Origin: Heptranchias perlo
Taxonomy: Eukaryota
Reading direction: 5' to 3'
DNA length: 64,000 nt
NCBI RefSeq assembly: GCF_035084215.1
Contig: NC_090325.1
Location: 180,358,001 to 180,422,000 of the forward strand
The notes under the pieces: generated by a model
Databases searched by the model: none
Told to the model about the DNA's origin: nothing
The model's input: the letters and a program-made list of their open reading frames with translations, nothing else
Made by a program: the position numbers and the translations under genes
Shown: piece after piece, positions 13,401 to 26,199 of the stretch
How positions within the stretch are numbered: position 1 is the stretch's first letter
Layout of the letters: every line of letters starts with the position of its first letter

Positions 13401-14370
13401 CCCTCAAAGCGGCTTTATTTGCTTTCAAAATTCAACTTATTTTTGGAAAATGAAATCAATTAGAATGAGGGTTAAAAGCTGCAAAGCGACCTTTCGCTCT
13501 ATTTGTCTCTTTCTCTCTGCCGCATGGGTGTTAGAAATTAGAATCTGCCTCACTGCTGTACGAGATTAACATGGACCTTTTCTAACTTTCAGGTGGCGAT
13601 AATTTAAAAAATTAACTTTTTTTTTGAAAATTTAAGTAACATTAAATGAAGAAAGCACATTTTCTCTCTCACCACACTCTCTCTTTCACTTTTAAAGGTT
13701 TCTGGAACACAAAACCAAACCCACAAGATGTGTGCAATCAGAACATGGTCCTTTCTCTCCCTCACTCACCACACGCAGCCTCTCGTTAAAAAAAAAGCAC
13801 ACAATATTAACTTTACCTCAGCTTTTGAAAATTGTCCTCTTGTTTTTCAAAATGATTTGAAGAAAAATTACTGGGCAGAAAGTGTGAGGGGTAAAGAAAA
13901 TGATTCCATCAATACACCTGACTGATGCATCCTGGGGACTTAGGTACACTCCACATGCTCAGACCACACAATCCAAATTCAACTCACATCACCACAGTTT
14001 TTCGTCAAAATGAGCGATGACTTTTGGGGGAGGCTGAGGCATTCAAGCAAAAACTTTAATAAAGGTATTCGTAGACTCAAAAGGCAATGGATAAATTTAA
14101 TCATGTTATTGTGAAATATGTAATCTTTGATTTTTTTTATTTTGGATATTAGAAATTTCAGTTACTGAGCAAAAAAAGGCTGAAAAAAATTCATAAAGCA
14201 TTTGAACGGTTCATGGAACCCAGTGGTTATATTGCACAATGTCAGGGTAAGATCTTCCACAGCACCTCCCAAACCTGTGCTCTCCACCACCTAGAAGGAC
14301 AAGGGCAACATGTGCATGGGAACATCATCACCTCCAAGTTCCCCTCCAAGTCACACACCATCCTAACTAG

Positions 14371-17189
14371 TGTGGGGTTCAGAACCCCTTTTAAACAAAG
14401 ACATTTGGAAACCTGCAAACACAGTAATGTAGTAAACTGTGTTCTTGCAAATCCTACTTTTCCCTCATTGATGCTGCTGGCATTGGAGAAGTATGAGTTT
14501 CAGGATCGAAGACATTGTACTGAGGATGGATATCTTGATTATTAAATAAATAAGCCAGATGGATAATATTGAGCTTAAAACATTGTGAGGCCTTTAAAAC
14601 ATTGGTGGGGGGGGGGGCTAGAAATTGGGCCGTGTAGCACCCATTGTTTTGGTGCTATGCGGCATCCTGAAAATCCAAGATGGCGTCTTGGATGCGCACG
14701 CACGCTTCTAGCGTGATGTGCACCGGACACCATCTTGGTAAAGGGTTTAGCATATGCGCAAATAACGAACGCTGGCATCATGTAAAATAGGGAGAATATG
14801 TGTTCGATCAGTGTGCAACACTGATTTAAAGTGATACACTCCATTTTGGGACTTAAAACTCCACTCAACGCACAGTCTTAACCACAGCCATCTGAACATG
14901 TCTTAGAGTGCCTGGGGGACACCCCCCAACCAGTGCTATTTAAAGGGACCATGCAGGATTTACAGGTCAGTTGCTTCTGGCTGCTGATGCATTTGTAACT
15001 ATTTTGGAGGTCTCCAAGACTTGAATACTAGGACACAGGGACATAGCCTAACATTTAGAGCCAGGACGTGCAGGAGTGAAGTTAGGAAACGCTTCTACAG
15101 GCAAAGGGTGGAAGAAGTTTGGAATGCTCTTCTGCAGTTAATGCTAGCTCAATTGTGAATCTTAAATCTGAGATTGATAGATTTCTGTGAACCAAGGGTA
15201 TTAAGGAATATGGGGCTAAGGCAGGTATATGGAGATAAGTCACAGATCAATCATGATCTCATTGAATGGCGGAACAAGCTCGAGGGGCTAAATGCCACTG
15301 CCACTTGCTGCTTCCTGTTATGCGCCACCTTCTCCCGCAAGAAAGCGAGGCGTGTGTCTGGGTGATGTGCCTGTCATGGTTGAATAGCTGCCAGTGTGTG
15401 TGGCCTGTGACTTGTGGGTGTGCGGCTTGTGACAGTGGTAACGTGTAAGGGTGCGAGGAAGCATCTGATTGGAAGAGTTGAGTACTGATTGAAAGAGTAG
15501 GTGGGAGATGGGGTGTGGTCCAAGAAGCAGTGGAAGTGGCTAGTGGTGCAGTTGGTAGGTGGTGCCACTTGACGGTTGACCTCACTCACCTTGACTACTC
15601 GTGTCAAAGCATTGAACTTCTTCCTGCACTGCATCCGTACTCATGGTGCTATGCGCCTGGCATTGACTGCATCCCCTACTGCCTCTCCCTGCCCTTTGGG
15701 CATATGTCTGGAGGGCCTCTTGACCCCACCACCGCGGATATAGGATGCCCCTCCTTCTATTCACCTCTTGCACCAATGCCTCTAGTGCAGCAGCAGAGAA
15801 TCTTGGTGCTCGCTCTCTCGCAGGCCTGGTACCAACTCGGACCGGCAAATTGGTGAGGTCTGGCATGCGAATTGGAAAATGTGGGATTTAGTGGTGCGCA
15901 ACCTTTATTCAATGTTTTAAAATAACTCAACAGTTTGTAAACATAGGGACGAGACTTGCATCTGTGTTTTACACGTACGATGTCTGATCTCCGTTCAGAC
16001 TCCATGCAGAGAGCAGACTGTTCTTTTTAGCAAATAACAGGTACCGGCTACTTTTAAGAGATTTTGGCTGGCTTTCGGAGAGACAGCCTGCCTAGAGATT
16101 GGGGCACCCCCTGCTGGAGAAAAATGCGAATGTCCTTGAATCCTCGTGGCAACGCTTTCAGGTGGGTACTGAGGTGAACAAATGTCTCGTCCTGCCTGCA
16201 AAGAAAGCACTGGGCGCGGGTTAATTGCGGATCGGTTTCAGGCCCTATTTAAACCCCATGGGCTTTTAGAAACTCAAGCTTTTCAACACAGCAGGGGGTA
16301 ATGTAAGAAAAGGCACAAGGGCATAAATCAAAGGCTTCGGATCGGGAAAGCAACGATAGATGTGAAAAAAGCATGGGCCTCTCATTCCTATCTGGTAATC
16401 TGTTTAAAGAACTGGGATTTGTAAAACATCAAATAGTATTCAGTATATGGTCAAACGGTATAAGGAATGGATTTGAAGCCATTGAAGCAATCAAAATTGG
16501 AGACGTCAAGACCATTAAGAATGTCTGTGCATAGAAATGAAAGGAGCTATCTCTACATGAAAGGCCATAAACAGAGATAGTAAAGGGGCCTTTTACATTC
16601 CATGGTTTGAGTACATGGTCTTTTCCACATCAAAAGGGCCTCCAGTCACATGATCAAAGCCCAAACTGTCAATCAATGAGGTATGCTAATGACTAAAGCT
16701 TAGCAACAGGGAGGGATTGGTCAAGAAGAACGACACTCCCCAATCCTACATCCTATTGGCAAAAACAATGTAAAAGGAAGACTTTGAGAGAAGAACAGTC
16801 TCTTCACCACATGGCGGTCATAAGGAATGCACACTGCAGTTGAACGTCACGGAAGAAGAAGAGGACCTCGACAACTGAAGAGTTGAAATACTCTCAGGCC
16901 TCAATAAGCAAAATCCTTGGTTAAAAGATTGTATATGTGTTAATGATTTGCCTGATGTGTGTATGAATTATTAAATCATTACATAATAACATTGCAAATT
17001 ATTAAGTATAATGGGATTTTATTTCTGAAAGTCATATGTATGGTTTGATTTTGCTTCATGAATGCTCATAGGAATTATAACATCATTAAATCATTATTTT
17101 TGATTAAAACTACCATGAGTGAGGGTAACTTTCTTCGCTTGACTATTCGTCCAGTTCCAAGAACCACAGAAAATAAGGCATACCCTACA
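14371..17189 (+). mobile_element. Solo LTR related to the LTR at 9480-10278, carrying a nested Harbinger element
   Basis: TGTGGGG...CCCTACA termini and ctag/cttg 4-bp TSD. The terminal ~90 nt are similar to the 10190-10278 LTR end. Confidence 0.75.
14607..16257 (-). mobile_element. Non-autonomous PIF/Harbinger element, copy 1 (Myb/SANT remnant)
   Basis: Degenerate TIRs ggggctagaaattgggcc / ggccctatttaaacccc. Peptides RERAPRFSAAALEALVQEVNRRRGILYP and MQCRKKFNALTR. Colinear with 36700-39030. Confidence 0.75.
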
Positions 17190-17325
17190 CTTGGACATAT
17201 ATTGCCATTCCTTCATGGTCACTGAGTCAAAATCCTAACAACAATGCGGGAGTACCTTCACCACATGGACAGCAGTGTTTCAAGAAGAAGGCTCACCACC
17301 ACCTTCTCAAAGGCAACTAGGGATA

Positions 17326-19235
17326 AGAAGATAAGAAATAGGAGCAGGATCTGCTCCACCATTCAATAAGATTATGGCTGATCTTCAACCTCAACTCCAC
17401 TTTTCTGCCCTATCCCCATATTCCTTGATTCCCTTGGTGTCCAAAAATCTATCGATCTCAATCTTGAATATACTCAATGACTGAGCATCCACAGCCCTCT
17501 GGGGTAGAGAATTCCAAAGATTCACAGCCCTCTGAGTGAAGAAATTTTTCCTCATCACAGTCCTAAATGGCCAACCCCTTATCTTGAGACTATGACCCCT
17601 AGTTCTAGACTCTTCAGCCAGGGGAAAAAGCCTCTCAGCATCTACACAATCAAGACCTCTAAGAATTTCATACATTTCAATGAGATCACCTCTTTATTCT
17701 TCTAAACTTCAGAGAATATAGGCCCATTCTAATCAAATTCTCTTCATAGGACAACCCTCTCATCCCAGGAATCAATCTAGTGAATCCTCAGTGCACCCCC
17801 TCTCAGGCAAGTATATCCTTCCTCAGGTAAGGAGAACAAAACTGTACACAGTACTCTAGGTGTGGTCTCACCAGAGCCCTATATAATTGCAGTAAGACTT
17901 TGTTACTCTTATACTCCAACCCCTTGCAATAAAGGTAACATACCATTTGCTTTCCTAATTGCTTGCTGTACCTGCATGTTAACTTTCTGTGATTCGTGTA
18001 CAAGGACACCCAAATCCATCTGACTACCAACATTTCTTAGTCTCTCACTTTTTAAAAAATATTCTGCTTTGCTATTCTTCCTGCCAAGGCAGATAAATTC
18101 ACATTTCCCCATGTTATATTTCATCTGCCACCTTCTCGCCCACTCACTTAATCTGTCTATATCTCTTTGCGAACCTCCTCACAGCTTACTTCGCCACCTA
18201 GCTTTGTATCATCAGCAAACTTAGATACATTACACTCGGTCCCCTCATCTAAGTCATTGATATATATTGTAAACAGCTGAGGCCCAAGCACTGATCCTTG
18301 CGGCACCCCATTAGTTATAATCTGCCAACCCAAAATGACCAGTTTATTCCTACTATGTGTTTTCTGTCTGTTAACCAATCCTCAATCCATGCTAATATAT
18401 TTCCCCCAATCCCATGAGCCCCAATCTTATGTAACAACCTCTTGTGTGGCACCTTATCAAATGCCTTTTGAAAATCCAAATATACTACTTCCACTGGTTT
18501 TCCCTTATCTACCCTGCTAGTTATACTCTGCCTAATCATATTATGATTTTCTAAGTGCCCTGTTACCATATCCTTAATAATAGATTCCAGCATTTTCCCT
18601 ACTACTGATGAAAGGGTAACTGGCCTATAGTTCCCTGTTTTCTCCCTCCCTCCTTTTTTGAATAGCGGGGTTACATTTGCTACCTTCCAATCCACGGGGA
18701 CTATTCTAGAATCTAGGGAACTCTGGAAGATCAAAACCAATGTATCCACTATCTCTGCAGCCACCTCTTTTAAACCCCTAGGATGTAGGCCATCAGGTCC
18801 AGGGGATTTGTCTGCTTTTAGTCCCATTAATTTCTCCAGTACTTTTTCTTTACTAATCTTAATTACTTTAAGTTCCTCACTCTCATTAGACCCTTGGGTC
18901 CCCACTATTTCTGGTATGTTTTTTCTGTCTTCCACTTTGAAGACAGATACAAAATATTTGTGTAACGTCTCTGCCATTTCCTTATTCCCCATTATAATTT
19001 CTCCTTTCTCTGCCTCTAAGGGACCCATGTTTACTTTTGCTAATTTCTTCCTTTTTACATACTTGTAGAAGCTCTTACAATATGTTACTATATTTCTTGC
19101 TGGTTTACTCTCATATTCAATTTTCTCCCTCTTTATGAATTGCTTGATCATCTTTTGCTGATTTCTAAAACCCTCCCAATCCTCAGGCTTACTATTCTTT
19201 TTGGCAACATTGTAAGCCTCTTCTTTTAATCTAAT
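17326..19235 (-). mobile_element. 5'-truncated degraded CR1 LINE (RT region)
   Basis: Motifs [42 protein letters not shown] and FADDTKL, with frameshifts. Confidence 0.92.
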
Positions 19236-19669
19236 ATGGACAATAAATAATGCTGGCCTTGCTAGTGGCCCCCATATCCCCAGGATAAATGTTTTAAAAA
19301 GATGTTGTGACTATAAAATACTAACTATTGTGTGTCACACTGTGTGACACCTATAACTGTATTCTTCAGGTGAAGCATGATTACAAGGTGAGGCATAACT
19401 GGACCAAGGAATGTAGATGTAATTCAGTCCCCATTTTAAAGTTAAACATTCTGTCCTTATTATAAGTTCTTAAGTCTACGTTTATGATGGAAACTGCCTA
19501 TGTAAACTTGTCACCCTGTAATCACACCCCCTGCAAGTGGTGGTATTGCAGCACTTCCACTGGGAGAGTTGAATGCAATTATAGCAAGACAAGATCACAC
19601 AGGCAGCTACATTATAAATAAGGAAAAAGTTGAAATGAAATGCACATGGCTGTCAAATGGGTTTACAGG

Positions 19670-19930
19670 AGATAACTGGAGGAAGAAGGGTGAGGAGAAG
19701 AGGGGAAGGAGGGAGGCTGAGGAAAGAGGGGGAAGGAGAGAAAAAGTGGTGGAGAGGGGAGGGAGAGCCAAGGGGGATGGGAAGAGGGAGAGGAAAGAGG
19801 GAGGAGGAGAGGTGGAGAAGGTTAGGGAGGCAGAAAGGGGAGGGAGTGTGAAATGAGTTGTGATTTGAGGGAGGAGGAGTCCAGGAAGGGCAGAGGAAAG
19901 GTACATGGGGGGAGAAGGGAAGGAAAGATT
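19670..19930. repeat. Purine (GA)-rich low-complexity tract
   Basis: G/A-rich sequence; the ORFs over it are compositional artefacts. Confidence 0.7.
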
Positions 19931-20269
19931 GTTGGAGGTCCATCTCCATGATTACTTACACAGTAAAGGAGGACAGGGGCTAGAATCCCAATTCTATGCT
20001 GGTGAAGGGGCAAATTCTGAATCAATGCTCAGGGAGGGAGGCTCCTATCCAGATTATATGCTTGGGGAGAGAGGTGGGCAATTTAAATGCTGAATTGAGT
20101 TTGGGGAGTTTGGATGTGAGCTTGCCAGACGAAACAAAACTACTTCAAAAGGTCTATTTTTCAAATAGGGATTTCACAATAAGGTTCAAATAGAAACCGT
20201 ATTATTTCCATTAACCTAACAATTCAAATAAAGCAAATGAAGAAGAAAAATGAGTCTTGTTGGAAAAAA

Positions 20270-20440
20270 AGTCCAAAGCATAAAGTCTAAGCTTCGATTA
20301 TGTGTTGCTAGTCTATCAATAACTTTGCTACAATTCACTGCAATATCCCGGTGAACATTTAGAAACGCAAGCCCAACTAATTGGTTTTCACTTGTCGAAT
20401 TGCGGAATTGACTAGCTCTGAAAGAACATCTGTTGTTTCT
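20270..20440 (-). mobile_element. hAT transposase C-terminal dimerisation-domain remnant
   Basis: RNSTSENQLVGLAFLNVHRDIAVNCSKVIDRLATHNRSLDF resembles the hAT (THAP12/ZMYM1-type) C-terminus pattern RSTMxxxRLxGLALLxVHRDI...VIDxFA. Confidence 0.65.
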
Positions 20441-23400
20441 GTGTTCTATCAAGTGACCTGAGGCATGTTCTTTCAAAAGAAGGAGTGCTTTGATGAAAAA
20501 AATCATCGAAATTTTGAGGTATTCTATCACCAGGGAGAAAAAATGGAGGGACATGAAGTTGGGGGAAATTGGATTCGGTAGCAACTGGGAATCTTATGAG
20601 TTGGGACTCAAGGATTATTTATTATATGACAATTGTCTAGCATTCATCTTCCTTGGTTTGGAGGAGGGTGGTTTACCAATATGTTTTGGTCAGGTAGCTG
20701 CCCCTTTAAATCAGGTACAATTCTTTAGATTTTAAAAGGTCACTCACAGCCTCACACACGATTTTCAAATATATACAGCCTTTGGTTCAGTTATAAATAT
20801 GGCAGCCTGCTATTTTTGAGTGAGGATGGCAGTTCTGAATTTCTACTGAGCCTTGCTAACATGCTCAACTACACTCATAAGACTGTTCTTGATCAGTCCT
20901 TTTATCGCCCTAGATCTGTTGCCAAGGCTTTTTGGAAATTTATAACTGGCAGCCTCATTCAAAAAATAACAGGCTATCTTTATTCATAGTGAACCAATCA
21001 TGAAGTCTATATATATTTGGAAATCATTTGTTCGACTTCCTTTCCAACCTGTTACCAAAAAGACGATAAGAATGAACTTTGCAACTTATGTAACAAAATA
21101 GGTTTGAGGTTGTAGGTGGCTTTTTAAAATTCCATGTATTGTGCCTGATTTCAAAGGACACCTACCAGACCAAAAGAAGACAGACTGCTTTATATATGTC
21201 AAAGATATCGCCAAAGCCTGAGATCACATTAAAAATATTTCCAGTACTCTGGTCCATATGGTAGCAGCAATCTGAACTCATTGGGAAAACTTTTGTAAAA
21301 TTAGGAGTTATTGAAAGAGTTTTAAAAAATCATTTTCATTATTTTTTAAAGTTTTCACAATTTTTTCACATGTTTTTATCAGGAAATTTGAATGAAGAAA
21401 GAGTGATGGCAGTAGTGGTTATATGGTATACCTTGCAAAAACTCTCTGTAATAGGTAATATCACACAATTGCTGTCATACTGTACCTGCAGTCATTGTAT
21501 AAAAGTCCACCTTGAAACACACAGAAATAAATCGAAGTAATTAACAATGCAAAACATATATAAAACATGCTATGTTTTCTGTATTTAAAATATTCCCCCT
21601 AATTATTTTAAATTGAAGTAAATTATGGCACATAAATCTACATGATTCCAGCCAAAATGTGCTTGTTTAATATTCATTTATTTTAGACTGGGGTTTCCAA
21701 GCTACAGCCTGTGGGCAAGCCAACCCACAAAGCCAACCTACTTGCGTTATATTTCTTACCTGTTGATATGTCTTGCTCAAAATGCGTGGGACTGGGAGTT
21801 TGGAAAAGGCTAATCTTAGTGCTGTTGGCTCATTTGATGTATACTTTCTAAATCAGAACACCTGTATCTGTTAGCATCAACAGTTTGAGATATATATGCA
21901 AATTAATGGGAATATTGATTCAAACTTGACATATGGCTCTGGAGGCTCCTTGGCATTCGTTGAAGATTGAAAAGCATGGCTACTCCTGTTTGAAACAGTA
22001 TGTGCTTGTTTCTTTCTTCTATTGATTTGTATCTTGCTGCATATATAAATAAACACAGGCAGGCAAAGCTATTAAATTACACTCAGGGATCCCACAAACA
22101 CTGCAAGTTATAAAGGAGATTCAAAGTCTACATACCACAGTAGCAATGATTATGCTTCATGTGAAGTTTTTTTCCAAGCATGGTGTAAACATTATATAAA
22201 ACAACAGTCTGTTGTGGGTTCTGTTCATACTGTGATTCTGTTTGGGTTGCTGTCATAAATACACAGAAGTAATTTAACTAAAATATTAAGTATTATGTGA
22301 TTGTGTATTCATAACTTTGCAAAAACTAGGTTTTCAGTATTGCTAATTGATGCCAGTTGGCAAAGTAATCTTCACTGAATAACTTCAATAGGCAAACAAT
22401 GATTGTACAAATTGTGTGTTAAGATTTCCATTTAGCCTTTTGAGAAAATCAGTGATTAATCCCTGCAAATAACTATTATATTCATCACATTTTGCTACAC
22501 TGTATTCAGGACTAAACATTAGAAAATACATTATGAACAGAGCAAAGGACACATGAACTAGATGTGCGTTCAGAATACACAAGGAGCAAAATACTAGTTT
22601 ACTTTTTCAAAGGTTGTCATGGGGAAGGGAAGTACCCTCAACATGAAGTATATGAAAATGTAACAAAAAAAATCTACTTTGTCGGAGAAATCCTTATTTA
22701 TTGCATTTATTATATGGAAGTACTCAGCCGGTAATGACTTTTTTCACTGCAAATGTTTCTAGATTCATATCCAGGCTGGTCTCAAATGCTTGTTTTTGGG
22801 TTTCTGTGTGAAGTTACTCCTTGATGCTTCTATGCCTACACCATTGGATTAGGATAGTGGTGTGAAGGAGGCCAGAATGATGAGTTTCCAGAGAGACAAT
22901 GTGAGAATGAATTCTGTTAATAAGGGAGAATATTGTTAGCCAGTCTTTTATATTAAATATAAGTAGGTTGATAGGTTACACCATCTTCACTGTTCAAATA
23001 AACATAAGATCAAAAGAACAAACAAATACCAGCTGTAGTGTGGGTTAAATCAGTAAATGAATGACTATCAGATTACAAAAATGTTCTCAAGTATGCATAA
23101 TGACCTCAGCCTTAATGGATAACATACCCATGTCGCCAAGGCCCTCCTAAAACCATTTGATCTGAAAGAGATTTTCAAAATCATTACAATTTTGGAGAGG
23201 GTAAATGGTGAAAGATTGTTTCTACTGGTTGACCAACAAGAGAGCATAGGTTCAAAATTATTACCAGAAGAACAAAAGGGGATTTAAACATTTTTTCCAT
23301 ACATTAGAACAAGGAATGATTTACCGCAAGTGGAGATTGAGGAAGAGGCTGTGATATCATTTAAAAAGGAATTGGATAAGTATTTGAAGAGGATGAATAG

Positions 23401-23879
23401 AAAAAGTATTTAGAAGGCAGAGAACTGGGATTGATCAGCTAGCACTAACAGTGTAATGACTTCCTTTGGGTGCTGTCATTCTACGGTCAATCGTTTACTA
23501 ACCTTCCCTCTCCTTCCACTGTACTCAATAGTTGCCATATGCACATGGAAATAATGTAAAGTCAACCGATTGTGATGTAGACATATTGAGATTGTGCAAA
23601 CTCTCGGGGCAGGAGGGAAAATTGCTGAAATTATACTAAAAAAAGATAATGTTTGGTACCCGCACAGGTGTTCTGCCACTCAGCAGGGTTTAACTTCCTT
23701 TTTCAGTCGAGAAAAGTACTTGAGTGACTCCAGTAGGTAGGCAGTCCAAGCGACCATTGAAATAACAATGTTAAAATAATAACTGGATTTAACGTGACAA
23801 AAATCACCACATTTCATTCAAATTTCACTTTAAATGTGGTAAATCTCCAAAAACCAAACATCCGTATCCACTTTGAGTC

Positions 23880-24112
23880 AACGCAACGTAAACCTACTTA
23901 GTATTTTCTGATTGGATGGTAGAAAGCTCCTCAGTCAGGTTCGCCTCGTTTGTCTTCGTGTGATTGGCCTCTGGAGCTGTCAATCAGGACAGCTCCACTC
24001 ACGGCAACCAAATTAGATCCAGCCAACAGATGATTGAGCAGCCTTGGTTTGGGGTGTAACAGAGTATTGGGTCTCAGTCTCTGGGTTATAACGGCGGTGA
24101 GAACTTGCAACC
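23880..24112 (+). promoter_or_regulatory. Promoter/5'UTR of the PPP2R2 gene
   Basis: Reverse CCAAT boxes (ctgattgg ~23909, gtgattgg ~23960), a TGTCAATCA PBX/PKNOX-like site at ~23978 and local CpGs, directly ahead of the Kozak ATG. Confidence 0.6.
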
Positions 24113-24119
24113 ATGAGAA
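24113..24119 (+). CDS. PPP2R2C: PP2A B55 subunit coding exon 1 (ATG AGA A)
   Basis: gcaaccATGAGAA|gtaagc. This 7-nt phase-1 exon matches the ATGGCAG first exon of PPP2R2A/D as recalled. Paralog assigned by synteny with MAN2B2. Confidence 0.7.
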
Positions 24120-24251
24120 GTAAGCAACGACATACTGGTCGTCATAGCATAATATAAGTGCAGTTTATTTGTATCGTTAAATGAAGACGGAACTTAATGT
24201 ACGTTGCGTTTGCTGGTTAAATAATGCATCCGTGATGAATTTGTATTGTAG

Positions 24252-24329
24252 GAGTCGGAGGCTGTGGGAATGATGTTCAGTGGTGTTTTACCCAAGTGAA
24301 AGGTACCACAGATCTTGATGTTTCTGAAG
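24252..24329 (+). CDS. PPP2R2C: PP2A B55 subunit coding exon 2
   Basis: ttgtag|GA...GAAG|gtagga. 78 nt, phase 1/1, encoding (R)VGGCGNDVQWCFTQVKGTTDLDVSE, compared with B55alpha GAGGGNDIQWCFSQVKGAVDDDVAE. The family is secure; the paralog identity is inferred. Confidence 0.85.
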
Positions 24330-24371
24330 GTAGGATATGGTTCTGTCAGCATCTGCTATTTGGAGGAAATG

Positions 24372-24407
24372 GTATGTGTATGTGTATGTATATGTGTGTG
24401 TACACAC

Positions 24408-24436
<29 letters not shown>
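24372..24436 (+). repeat. (TG/TATG)n followed by (CA)n microsatellite
   Basis: Read directly from the sequence. Confidence 0.9.
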
Positions 24437-24438
<2 letters not shown>

Positions 24439-26199
24439 TCCCCATTGATTTATCACTCAATATTTGAAATGAATATTTTATTTCCTAATAGCTTATTATA
24501 TTTAGATTATGTTGGTAAGAAATGTGTGTGGATGTTACTTGAAATTAATTGACTTTTGAAATGGACTGTAGCTGCTCAAATGCTAATTTAGTGTGTTAGT
24601 GATGGAATTGTTGTTTATGAATTTTTAAGTAATTGTTGATGTGTTTAAAAAAAATGCTGTAGCTGGGAGCATCCATTGTTGCAATTAACTTGTTTTGGGC
24701 GTGCAGCGAGGAGTTGTACAAGAGAAACCAGGAGCATAGGCAGAAAGACAATCCAGCACTAATTCACCCTTTTTCCACGTTCTGAGCTCTGGTGTGTACC
24801 TGTGTGGCCATCAGGTATGAACATGTGGTGTTCACTGGTTCGCTCAAAGCCTGTCACAACTGGTGGGCACCAAGGCATTCACAGTACTATAAATACCTCC
24901 TACAAAATACAGGTGTAAATACCTGAAAGTGATTTCAGTTTAGGTGAATCAATCAAAACCCATCAGTAGCATTCTCCCAAGAGAAGAGTACTTGGCAAAT
25001 GATTGATGATACATGGCATAAACCTATGTCACCCCTACTGGTCCATCTGAAATCGGATTCATGCATTTCCCAATGTCTTGTGCAATGGAAGTACTGTATG
25101 TATTACTATACCTAATTTTCACTATACAGGATTCTCAAATTTTTGTCTTCCCATTGCTGTTTGTATTGATCTCCCCAAAAGTGGAAACAATTTTTGTCCT
25201 GCTGAATTGTACCAACTTTTCATTTTCCTAACAGTGTTGTCCTCTCTGTGTGGAAGTTCTTCATATCAGCACAGTGCTAAGAGCAGAGTTGATTGTGAGG
25301 GAATGACAAGGTGCTAGTACTCAAATGTGCTGTCCAGGATTAGTGAACTCTGTAAAGTTGTGTAAGTTAGAGAATTCAATAGTGGCTTGTCTTTGAAGGG
25401 TCTACAGTTCATGTAACTGATAACCTGATTTTTACTCCTCATCTCCATCAAGATGTTTCTCTTTGCATTTCCATTTAAATCTGAAAATGGCTACAGACAA
25501 AGGACATTTTTGTTTGTTCATTCATAAAGTATTTGGTATTTTAAAAAATGTATTTGCAAAATTTGATGTCAATCCTGTTTTAATACATTATTGTTACTCA
25601 AATGATGTAGTGAAAATGTTTAGGCTATGTGGATGCAAATATTTGTATATGATTTTAGATAGTTGGAGTAAATCAGAAATGAAAATGACATCAGCTGGCT
25701 GTGTCTCGTGCGAGATGTGTGTGTGAAGTTTCCTTTGTTCTATGGCAAAGTTAGTGTATAGGTGAGCAATGCATATGTCTGATTGTATTGCAGTTACATT
25801 TGCCAACTTATTCAATGGGTGTGTCTGTATGAAATGGATTTTCATTGTTCCAGTCTGTCTGGCTCAGACACAACTGTTTGAATGGCTGCCTCTGGATTGC
25901 TACATATGTTAATTTTTTCTTGGTGATAACAATCTGACAACATGTGTCAAGAACTAGTTGAGTTAAGAAATTGTGAAGCCTGCCAAGAAAAAACATATTT
26001 GCTAATCATTAACTCATTATAAACTTTTGATGTCAAGCTGCACATATACTGTTTATTGAAGACAATCTTAAAACATTTTTGAAAAGGATTTCTTTATAAT
26101 CCAAGAACCCTCACATGGCTTTCAGTCTTCTATTTGCCTAGCCTTGATTTTTGTGCAAAGGGTAATAGAAACTACATAATAAATAAGTCTTCATGCTTT

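Larger units (their letters stand above)
14250..19290 (+). mobile_element. LINE 3'-end fragment split into three pieces by nested insertions
   Basis: Pieces ~14250-14370, 17190-17325 and ~19235-19290 join into a sequence colinear with the LINE 3' end at 41030-41350 (minus strand). Confidence 0.75.

Noticed and set aside
12925-13569. 214-aa ORF
   Set aside because: Product of a pyrimidine-rich low-complexity tract, with no domain.
19332-19350. 9-bp-arm hairpin gtgtcacac-t-gtgtgacac
   Set aside because: Short and TG/CA-rich, so plausible by chance.
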